64,000 nucleotides of DNA from Chrysomallon squamiferum (Eukaryota > Animalia > Mollusca). Every line of letters begins with the position of its first letter. Position 1 is the first letter of the stretch. The notes under the pieces are model-generated. The model did not search any database. It saw only the letters and a program-made list of their open reading frames with translations, and was not told where the DNA came from. A program made the position numbers and the translations under genes. The stretch lies in contig CM022667.1 of NCBI GenBank assembly GCA_012295275.1, positions 9,796,001 through 9,860,000 on the forward strand. Direction: 5' to 3'. Positions 46,501-57,050 of the stretch are shown here, piece by piece.

Positions 46501-49500
46501 GTAGGATGTAATGAATGGGGAGCAGACCAAAAGGTTTTGTTTATACTGATCTCATGTGAGATGTAAATTAGATTATAGATGCATTGTGCATGGATCTGCA
46601 TGCAAGTCCTACCGTCAGGTGTTCGATCCCATATATAACTGGAAGTATGTGGTATTTGTTTTAGTTAGGATTTGTATTTAATGTTTTATTTGCAGATATT
46701 TGCTTTTTAGCAGGCTTTGTCATTAATGTAAGGTTTTATTTACAGCTTGCCTCCTGTCAGCTCATTGTGTAACTAAAGTTTTATTTTATCCCTAGCCAGG
46801 TTATGCCAAACAATAGGCTGGTAACTTGTCATTGTGGTGATTGTTTCATTCAGCTTACACTGTACTAACACACGTTACTTGCCTTGCGTGTTAACTATTG
46901 TTCCCAAACTCCTCTCCCAAGCCCATCAGGGAATAAACAACTTGGCTCAAGTGTTCAGGTTTATTTCTCCTGCTAAGATTATACTGTCAGGCCAGATTTC
47001 ATTTTTAAAGGTGGAACTGAATTTATTATTTCAGTGTGCTGGAGAATCCAGTTTCTTACACCCAGGTGTCATCTACCTGGGTGTGAGTTTTTATGTATTA
47101 TGTTTGTCAAATATTAGTTTGTCATGTATAACTGTGGTATATGACTAGTTGTATTTGTCATGTTAATCAAGTGTATTTATTACATGTATTTGCTTTATGT
47201 TATCAAATGCTTTTATAGTTTGGCATTAAAGACTCAGGATTTAAAGCAAGATAATTCAATTTACATTATTTTTATGATGAGATGAATAGTATTATAGATA
47301 TACATTTGCTTAAATTGTGATATAAATGTTACATATATACATAAATTATTCTATAACTTGATGCTATATGTACGCTATGATGTGATATTTATTGTTGTTT
47401 TATTGTTCTCGTAGGGTGTTTTTCCTTGTCTTCATTTTTTGTGTGACATCGAATAAATTGTCTGAACCCACCCGTAGCTGTTACGTTCTACTTCCTGTGT
47501 TCTGGAAAAAGTAAAAAATCTGCTACATAACCAGCATCTTAGGCTCTGTCTTTTTGCTTTTAAAACACTGCCAGTTGACAGCTTGTGTGTCAGTGCACAG
47601 GAACCTAGTCTGGATGCTAGACACACTGAGTTATCTCTTCAGTATGCATGTGAAGCCAAATGCAATTCATACTTTTAGTCTTCACATCCAGCAACTTTTA
47701 GCTGCTTCCACCATCAACTTTGATACTATAATGTTGACTCCTTCCTAATTTTTTCTTCCACTATAGAATGCTAAACCACCCAAAATTGTGATTGTATTAA
47801 TGCTTCTGACGAAAGACTGTACAGGTGCATTGGTGTATACAGACCCTTTCTTGGATCTATGAAGTAGACACGACATTTCATTCACATTAATGAGGAGGGG
47901 TCACAAGATGAGATTTGCCACAAGATAGGTTCTGCATAAATGGCAAGAAAACTGAAACAATGTGGTAGCAAATAAGCTTCATTCTGTCAGTCCAGTTTGG
48001 GGAAACTGGCATTCCTTCTTTAGGTGATCAAAAGATGAAGTAGTAGTTGTCTTGTATCGCTCTTGTATTGGTCATATTATTTTATAAGAAATCTTAAAAG
48101 TATCTGTGATATTATTTTCCAATATATAGTTCTGGGGGTGTCGTTAAATAAACAAACAAACATTGTTAGCCACAAGACAAATATACTACACTGATATAGT
48201 TTCCCATAAATGCTCTGTGTGTGCATGTAGATATGGATGCACAGAGAATTATTAATATTTTAATTTCCTATAACAGCTACGGCTATAATTATAATATTTG
48301 CTTTTTTATGTGTGTATGTATGTATGTATGTATGTACGTACGTACGACGTACGTACGTATGTATATACTTATGAATGAACATTCCATTGACTTGAGAATT
48401 CTGACTGGACTCTGAAAACAGAACATTTTCAGCAATGGAAAAGGCGCAGGATGACCTAATCAGAGTCACACTTGTTCACAAGACACCTGTTGTTTTATTA
48501 CCTCACAACAGTGGACAGACCCAGACTTGAATACCAAGACCACTTGCACAAAGCACAAACACACACACACACAAAAAAAAAAGGAAAACATGAACAAACA
48601 AACACACATACATTGTATCGTGTATCAATGCCCTTGTGACCAAGTGGTTCCTTCTGCTGCAGGAGAAGATCACCAAACAGTTCAAGTTTTGCCCCTGCCT
48701 GTGGAGAAAAGTGTTCAACATATCCTAGTGACTCCATGAAGAATGATGAAAATTTCTGAAAAAAAAACAAAAAAAAACATTCGAAACATTAAACTGCGTT
48801 TTACAAATATTAATCATAAGAAAATTAAAGTGACAGTGATGATGATGTTGATAATAATGATGATGATGATGACTGATGATAATGACGACAATAATATTTA
48901 ATATAACGATAACAATAGCAGTATAATAATTAAAGAAAAGGGTAATAATGATGATGTTAGTACACACCAACAAAGAACAACAAAAATATAATTGTAATAA
49001 TAATAATAAAATAAAGACAAACAGAGAGAACAAATTAAAGAAAAATAATACCTTTAGTCTGTAATAATAAAAAGTCAGTAGCTTCACTCCTATTACATTT
49101 TCACCATTCAGCAAAGGAACTTCAATATCAAGCAGAAATTTGTCAAAGCGGCCATCTCCATTTTGATCCACTTCTCGAGCCTGTTATTATTAATTTTTAA
49201 CATTATTATTATCATCTTTTTAAAATATGAAGTAAGACAGACTGGTTATAAAATATAAAAGTTCTATTTTTAATATTTTGTTCCTCATACAGTTAATATA
49301 ATAAGGGTATACAATTTTTGATACTTTCTTTGATATACAAGTACAAAAAATTTCTAATATTATGATTATTATGTAATATATAAAATAAATATAAAATGTC
49401 AAAAATAAATAAATATTAACAATAATAACAATAACAACAATTTTTAATAATAATAATAATAATAATAAAAAACAGCTCATGTTACCTGACATCTAGTCAC

Positions 49501-50008
49501 AAAGATGGATGAAGTGAAAAAAAAAAAAAATAATAATAATAATAATAATCAAATAATAAGAATGTTTTGTGTATTCTAATTTCACACTAAATATGGAGTG
49601 TAACAACTAGACAGAAAAATTCAGTACTTGCCTTAATAACTGGAACCCGCAGTCTGTTTTCCTGCAGCTTGTTGTATTTTTGGAATGTGCTGTATGTCAG
49701 AAACTCCCCAGGAGTCTGTAATTCCAACAACAGAATCATTTCTCTCTTAAAAGTTACATCAGGCAGTTCTCTGTAATAGGCTTCTTTCAACCAGAAACCT
49801 AAGAAACACAGTATTCATAATTATTTTTCCGAAATTTACATATTAGTAGTAACACAAAAAGAAAAAGTAACTGGTTAATTTGAAATGTTTGCATATCACA
49901 TTTTTGTTATCATGTAGTTTTATTTTGTTTTGTTAGATTTTATTTTATTTTATTTTTTTTTTTATTTAGTTGTTGTTTTTTTTTTAAAGGGGTTTGTTTG
50001 TGTATTGT

Positions 50009-50045
<37 letters not shown>

Positions 50046-50161
50046 TCTGTTTATATTATTATTATTATTATAAAATTAAACGAAATAAAATGTAATATAA
50101 AAAGCAATGAACTTTTTCAAAAATAGATTTACATTAGCAGATTAAAAAATATATTTATTAC

Positions 50162-50211
<50 letters not shown>

Positions 50212-50488
50212 TGATATATATATATATATATATATGGGAAAACAAAATCTAATCTACAAGATTATCAATTTATAATTTATATGTCAAACATGAATCAACA
50301 CGATTCGATTTCTTAAATTATAAATTTAATGAAATAAAGAAATATATACCATAACTTCGGTACACAATAAATAACGGCGGTATAAATGTAAGAACTGCTA
50401 TCAGTATCATCAGCAATGTAGCTTTTGTAAATATATTAGTTCTGTATCGCCGTAACTCGGGATGTGAAAATATCTCGTACATCGCCAT
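41740..50488 (-). CDS. TMEM231: Transmembrane protein 231, ciliary transition-zone MKS/B9 complex (7 coding exons, 310 aa)
   Basis: Exons in transcript order: 50488-50350, 49798-49632, 49180-49052, 48755-48612, 43320-43239, 42799-42694, 41905-41740; 933 nt, phase-compatible. Sequence MAMYEIFSHPELRRY...PPLFIVYRSYGFWLK...NRLRVPVIK...DQNGDGRFD...GDLLLQQKEPL...YTPGFWYLIKWGWIQY...FIFQNQLV matches TMEM231 as I know it. Confidence 0.96.
41906..42693 (-). other. U12-type (minor spliceosome) GT-AG intron in TMEM231 (last intron)
   Basis: Donor GTATCCTTT starting at 42693; branch TTTCCTTAAC at 41925-41916, 10 nt before the exon start at 41905. The junction CT|C keeps the frame. Confidence 0.93.
42190..42381. 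repeat. Minisatellite, about 32-bp unit, inside the TMEM231 U12 intron
   Basis: AAACAGTGATTATCAAAATTAGTAAAAAGTATC-like units. A related unit occurs at about 45490-45545 and 55400-55490. Confidence 0.7.
44505..45150 (+). repeat. Degenerate tandem duplication (about 44505-44800 and 44897-45150)
   Basis: TGTTTCCATAG...AACTGCCA...GAAATCTTAAAAACAATTTAAT...CCAAAATCAGTGT...CATTTAATTATTATTT...TGGCAT occurs twice in the same order. Confidence 0.75.
44517..44933. promoter_or_regulatory. Cluster of RFX X-box-like motifs in TMEM231 intron 4
   Basis: GTAACCTAGCAAC at 44517-44529, GTTTCCATAGATAC at 44535-44548 and GTTTCCATAGCGAC at 44920-44933. Motif match only. Confidence 0.45.
45141..45617 (+). repeat. 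About 480-bp dispersed direct repeat, copy A (copy B at 55090-55608)
   Basis: Shared TTTATTTTATCATTTACACAAATCTTTAACCTCTTGATTTTCACCTCCTCTA and GTTTGTGTGAAATGTGTAGAAATA blocks in the same order and orientation. Confidence 0.9.
45650..48162 (+). mobile_element. Decayed, 5'-truncated non-LTR retrotransposon (LINE ORF2 remnant, I/Nimb-like) in TMEM231 intron 4, antisense to the host
   Basis: Frameshifted RT fragments: WRKAIIIPLQK, ALTNCTCKIMEGM, VWFLESHKLLTKVQYGFR, AEKAYDTAWKY, NGFSFSKTKT, VVEETKFLG, CKLDYRCIVHGSA. After an insert it continues with LRLCLFAFKTLPVDSL and a C-terminal KWQE...NKLHSV...IGH. It ends in GTGTCGTTAAATAAACAAACAAAC. The clade assignment is inference. Confidence 0.85.
49181..49631 (-). 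other. GC-AG intron 2 of TMEM231
   Basis: AAG|GCAAGT is the donor that keeps the frame with the phase-0 exon 3. The GT 4 nt downstream would frameshift. Confidence 0.85.
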
Positions 50489-50841
50489 TTCCAAACAAAC
50501 CACCGCTTCGTAGACAGTTAGCTGGTCAATTTATTGACGGCATTCCGATAACGTTATTTATTTGACGTAGCCGGTAGAAAATTCAGTGCAGTTAATTTGA
50601 TATTCCGCCAAAAGTTATGGGGCACCGAAGTCAAGACAATTCCTGTAATTCAGCAGCTGTTTTATACTTCATCAAAGAGTTCGACAAATAGATATTCTTA
50701 AAACCAATATGGTTCTTTTGGTTTAGTCTTATAATTGAATTTTTACCTTTGAGAGAGTATTTAGTTATTCTGTAATTTATTATTCTGAAGAGAGAGCTAT
50801 TTTAATTTCCACAAAGAAACATCTTTTTTCTAGTTCTCTTA

Positions 50842-50881
<40 letters not shown>

Positions 50882-51583
50882 TTTGATTTTGATTTTGATT
50901 TTTGTGGGTATTTGGTGAAGGGGGTATTTCAAAATATCTATTTTATGATTTTGAAATATTTTTATGGACTTATCTTTCATTCAGTCTAGTAACTATTATT
51001 AATAAACCATTATTTAAATAAATAAACATACAAACATAGAAGCAGATTTCTAAATCCACCAACACTAAAATGATATGTAACTTTAAACACCAAAAAAAAC
51101 CATGAACCCAGCGATAATTATTTAACCATGAACCCAGTAATATCTTTCTCTAAGGATTAAAAGAGAAAATCTTTAATTTCTCCAGTCTTTAATTTATGTA
51201 AATGAGACATTTCATCAAAGCCTAGCCTTCTATGGTTCTTTAACAGTAAAGATAACTGATGACCATACAAGGCATGCGCAGAAAAATCGGATTTGACAAA
51301 ACTGTGCTTTGTTATGTTTCTATTATAATTATGACAAGTGATAACCATTTTCCTACTTGTAGCTGTTAAATTTTACAGTTATTTTGTTTTACAAAGAAAA
51401 GAATATCCATGGTTACTGACTGTAGTCACTGGTCACCAGATCCTCAAAGCTCGTTACATCAGCAGACATCATGGCGAGATTATCTTTAAATCACCCGGAA
51501 ACATAATGTAATATAATAAAAGTTAGAAAAACAGAGAAAGGAAGAATAAAAACGAAGTAATTATTATTAAAAAAAAAAAAAGA

Positions 51584-51629
<46 letters not shown>

Positions 51630-52008
51630 TACGCATTGGTCAGATGATCTAGTAGTTGGCTGTATTTCAGATGTTACAGAGCTAGGCTGAGGGTCAGTAA
51701 ATTGCAGGTTCAGTTCTACGTCAAACATCCGTCGGGTAATTTCCAGTTCCAGCCTGCTAACCTGAGACTGTTTCATCAAAGTCTGCTTTCCTGTCTGTGG
51801 GAAGGTTGAGGTAAAAGATGATTGAAAATGTGTAGTCATTCGTCTTTTAAAGCAACGAAGAGAATAGTATTAATCTTTTAAAGCAATGAAGAGAATAACA
51901 TTAGTCTTTCAGTAACAAACTTGAGTAATTTCAGTCTTAACGAACTTGTACATCGAGCAGAGATTGATCGAAATGGCCGTCTTCATTTTTATCCACCTCT
52001 CCAGCCTG

Positions 52009-52066
<58 letters not shown>

Positions 52067-52195
52067 TATTATTAAATAAAATTAAACAGATTCATATTTT
52101 TAATATTATGTTTATAATATTATTAATGTAAAGGTATATAATTTTTAGTAGTTTCTTTAATATACAAGAGCAGAATCTTTCTTATATACATATGT

Positions 52196-52278
<83 letters not shown>

Positions 52279-52375
52279 GACAGATATAGCTAGACATATA
52301 GACAGATATAGAGATAAGCATAGATATACAGACATAGAATTATAAAATGTATAAACAGATAATAATTCAGTGTTA

Positions 52376-52535
52376 GTTTCAACAACAGAATCATTTCTCT
52401 CTGAAAGGTTACGTCAGGCAGATATCTGTAATAAGCTTATTCCAACAAGAAACCCAAGAAACACAGTATTCACAATTATTACTGAGATTTACGGCTTAGT
52501 AGTAGCATAAAAGAAGAAATAACAAGTTAATTTAA
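52376..52535 (-). pseudogene. Decayed copy of the 5' part of TMEM231 exon 2 plus adjacent intron 1
   Basis: Aligns by eye to 49722-49885. The acceptor AG is mutated to GG and there is an in-frame TAA: FLLE*AYYRYLPDVTFQREMILLLKL versus FWLKEAYYRELPDVTFKREMILLLEL. Confidence 0.85.
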
Positions 52536-52767
52536 GACTTATGAGAAGCGAAACAAACTTAAATTTTCTTTTGGTATTCTTGCAGTTTTAAAAGATAACC
52601 TTTCTTCTTCTTCTTGGTGTGTGTGTGTGTTTTAGGGGCACCTTCTTCGTGTTTTTTTTATTCTGTTTTATTCTATTCTATTTAATTTAATTTAAATTAA
52701 TTTAATTTAATTATTTATTTATTCTTTTTATCATTATTATTGTTGTTACTGTTATTGTTATGATTAC

Positions 52768-52851
<84 letters not shown>

Positions 52852-54018
52852 CTGACTGAGGACGGGAACATTTTAAATTTTCTACCTCATGGTTTTGAAA
52901 TTTACTCAATGGATTCCTGTTTCACTGAGCCTAATGACTATTAACACTATCAGAAAAAAATAAAAATAACACACGATCAAAAAAAACCCACCCAGATAGA
53001 GATTTATAAAAGCCTTCGAAGCTGGAAATATCAGTAGATCTAAAGCCACCATCACTGGAATGATTTGTAACTTACAAAAAAACCGGGAAAACCTGGGGGT
53101 GTATTTTAACGGTTCAGTCTGACATCAGATGTACAAACAATCAGATCTTTTCTCTGACGTATGAGCAGAACATGTTCAAACATCACGCTGTTGTCAGTGG
53201 TGATTCAGGAACTGTTTGATTTCCGACACATTTTATAAATTTAGTTATATAATGGCTGTCACTTGTTCGTTTTAGTATTGTACAACTCTACGCCTTTGTT
53301 AACTAACGTAAGTCAAGATATAAACATGTCTGTCGTGTTGCCAGCTTCTTTCAAGATGGACTTCCAGTCTGAAAATGAAGGGCAGAAAATTCTGTTTCAA
53401 GCCACAGAGGAAAATGTGGGTTTCTCTAACCACAGCGGGTTTCAGCTCTGTTTTCTGAAAAAGTGGAAATGTGAGAGAAATGCTTTAGAGGTATTCAATG
53501 GAAACTAATTTATAATAATTATTATTAATGTTTTCTGTTTGTTTGTTTTTTTGTTTTTTTAGCTTTTCTTAATACTTTTTCTTACCCATATTATATTGTA
53601 TTTCTTACATTGATTGCTTTTTTTCCAAGTTTTGATATGCTTTAGAAGTATTCAATGGAAACTAATTTATAATTTTTCTTTTCTTTATTTTCTTTATTTT
53701 CTTTATTTATTTATTTATTTATTTTATTATTATTGTTTTTTATTGATTAATATATTTTTTTCAAGCTTTTGTTAATACTTTTTCTTACCGTTATTTTATT
53801 TAATTTTTGTTTCTTTTCTAAGTTTTAAAATATTTTAATTTATACTTGGAGTTAAACAAAAGAAGAAATTAAGGTTATTTCATTCGCTCATCGCTCTTGT
53901 TTTCTGACGGTGACTATGAAAACAATAAAGGGAACATTTCAGTGATGAATTTAGTTTTTTACTTTTCACTTTGCGTTTGTGTGAAACGAACAAAAAAACT
54001 ACAAAGGAAAACTGTTTG

Positions 54019-54215
54019 ATCATCTTCAACAGGACGTGAAAATCTCCTAACAAATTATTTGAAATAGCACACAATTTTGGTTATCATCAACAGAACATGA
54101 CCAACTTTTTTCTTCGCGCAAATTGTTTGAAACAGCACAAATCTTTGGCTATCTTCAACAGAATGTGAAAAACTTTCTTCTTGTCACAGATTATTGGAAA
54201 CGGCACAAACCTTTC
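54019..54215. repeat. Three-copy tandem repeat, about 62-68-bp unit
   Basis: ATCTTCAACAG...GTGAAAA...CAAATTRTTTGAAAYAGCACA occurs three times. Confidence 0.7.
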
Positions 54216-55089
54216 AGGTTCGTTATTGATGTTAAACACTGTACAATGTTCAATTAAATGAGTATGAAAGTTCACTTTCGTTGTTTTTCATTTTGTTTTG
54301 TTTTATAATATATGACTCTATTGTTGTCAACATTGTTGTTTTCTTCATTAATATATTATCGTCATCGTTCTTGTCAGTATTATCATCTTTATTAATGACT
54401 GCAGTAACAGCGGAGGCATCTTTGCGTGTCTGTAGGTTTGTCAGTGCGTGACTGCGTGAGTGTCTTCTCTGTTAATACAAATTAAGAAAGAGCAGATTAA
54501 AATCATGTAATGAAGGCAACACGAAAATGTGACTGTTAGCCAATAATTCGCCGTGACTTACATCTTTGACCCGTTTCCATATCTTAACAACCCCCGCCTG
54601 AGTTTCTCATTCTGAATTCAAGTTTGCAGCGAATATTTGTGCGTGACTGCAAGTCTGTCACAATGCGTGTGTCTTTTCTGTTTAATAAAAGTTACGCTTG
54701 GACGAAATGATGTTTCATATGGCACAAGGCTCCAGTGCTCATGAGAGCAATCTACAGTTCACGCGAATTTTCTTTTTCCCGTTCTAACTCATATCAGGAA
54801 GGGAAAAAAAAAAAGAAAGAAAGAAAGAAAGAAAAACGAACAGTGATTCGTAAATTATTTCAGTCTCGAGGCTTTATCATAAAATTTCATTCACACTCGA
54901 CTAAATTTTCTTGGTTTAAACTATTCTCCCGCATTACAGTTGACATATAATATGCGAGAAAAGTTAAGTACTTCATTTCTTGATTAATATATTCAACTAT
55001 TTTCTTTTTTTTTTTTAAACATTCTAAAAATATGTCTATAGGAGAAAAAAAAAGGTTTAGATAATAAATAAATAATAAATAATAAAAAA

Positions 55090-55608
55090 ATGGCATGAAA
55101 AGTAAATGACCTCAAATCAAAGCATGCGCTATGCTGAAAGTTCAAAAAAAAAAAAAAAAAAACAAAAAAAACCCCAGAAGTTTGAGACAACAGTGAGTCA
55201 TAAAATTATCATTTACGTTTATTTTATCATTTACACAAATCTTTAACCTCTTGATTTTCACCTCCTCTACAACCTGTAATAAATAACAGAAATTTTTGAT
55301 ATAGTCATTGATACTATTTGATGATAGCACCGACAGTTTGTGTGAAATGTGTAGAAATACCAGATACCGGACATTTCCAGTGTGAATATCAAACGAATGA
55401 AAAGTATCAAATCGTGATTATCAAAACTAAAGAGTAGTATCAAACAGTAATTATCAATAAACAGTGAAAAGTATCCAATAAATCGTGATTATTATATTTT
55501 CTGTCTTTCATAAATATGTTTAGGCAAAAAAAACCCACCCCAAAACCCAGCCAGAGTCTAAGGAAATCGTCATTCAAGGTAAGAATATAATTAACTAATT
55601 ACTCATTC
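55090..55608 (+). repeat. About 520-bp dispersed direct repeat, copy B (copy A at 45141-45617)
   Basis: Same blocks as copy A; ends just before an (AG)n tract. Confidence 0.9.
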
Positions 55609-55613
55609 TATAC

Positions 55614-55681
<68 letters not shown>

Positions 55682-56189
55682 AACGAGAAAAAAAAAACAA
55701 TTAAAATACTAAATTAAGTAAAAACAATTGTAATATTTAATTAATTGCAAAACTACAATATTAAGTTAAACCAGAAATATAATATTTATTGAAATGAAAA
55801 ATGAAATATATGATAACTACATGAACACCACTGTTCAAATTTTAGAACAATGTGGTAAGTGTCAAGGTTCTAGAAATATTCAGTTACAAAATTGTGTGAA
55901 AATTTGTAATATTAGTAAGTCAATGTAAATGTGATAACAGAATTTTCTGTTACTAAGTTAATATTACTCTGCAAGTTTCAAGCATCTTCCGTGAAATATG
56001 CAACAGGTTTTATTTTAGGGAATACATGAGTTTCTTTATTAATACATTAATTTAAAGAAAAAGTAAACATAGTAATGATAGTGAATTTTGTAAAATTAGC
56101 ATGATTAACACAAATTTGTGTATGCTCCAGTGTGCATGCATAATAAATAGGTGTGTGTGTGTGTGTTTTCACACAAATTTCTTCATATC

Positions 56190-56824
56190 CTAAAGCCCAG
56201 TTTTCTTCAGTAAATCAATGGCTTCTCTATGTGCCTGAAAAGAAAAATAATCATTATAGTCCATTCAGATTTATATGTGGGGATGTACAGTACAGTCCAC
56301 ACTCATTTATAAGTGAGAATAAATAGTACAGTCCACAAAGTTATTGGTGTGAATATGCAGTATAGTTCATGCAGATTTATATTTCAGAATTTGCAGTATA
56401 CTCTGTACAGATTTGTAGGTGAAATACACAGTGTAGTCCACACAGATTTATAAGTGAGAATAAACAATATAGTCCATACAGAGTTATAGGATAGAATGTG
56501 CAGCTTAATCCATTCAGATTTATAGGCAAGAACATATTGCATAATTACGTACAGTGTAGTTCACACTGGCTTGCAATGGATGTACAGTATGGTTCACTGA
56601 TCTGTTAGAATATTCAGTAGAGTTAACATATATTTAGATAACAGATAACAGTTTAAACAAGAATAAATGGAAATACCTGTTCATCATCGGGGGTTTTGAC
56701 AGGATAATTCAGAGCCCTTGTCAAATAGGTGTGAGCTTTCTCCTTGTTTCCAAGTCGCAAGTGAGTTTTGCCGAGCATGAGTAAGTTCATGCTGTAGAAA
56801 TTAGGCTCAGCTGTGGAAGGTAAA

Positions 56825-56862
<38 letters not shown>

Positions 56863-56953
56863 TAATAATAATTATAATGATAATAATGATGATAATAATA
56901 ATAGTAAAAATAATAACAATAAAATGATAATAATAATAATAATTATAGTAATA

Positions 56954-57050
<97 letters not shown>

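Noticed and set aside
48331-48362. Palindromic TACGTACG run that could form a hairpin
   Set aside because: It derives from a self-complementary (TACG)n variant of the adjacent (TATG)n microsatellite and is too short for a miRNA precursor.
53880-54275. Short minus-strand ORFs over the three-copy repeat (possible repeat protein)
   Set aside because: Unit lengths vary out of frame and stops interrupt the frames.
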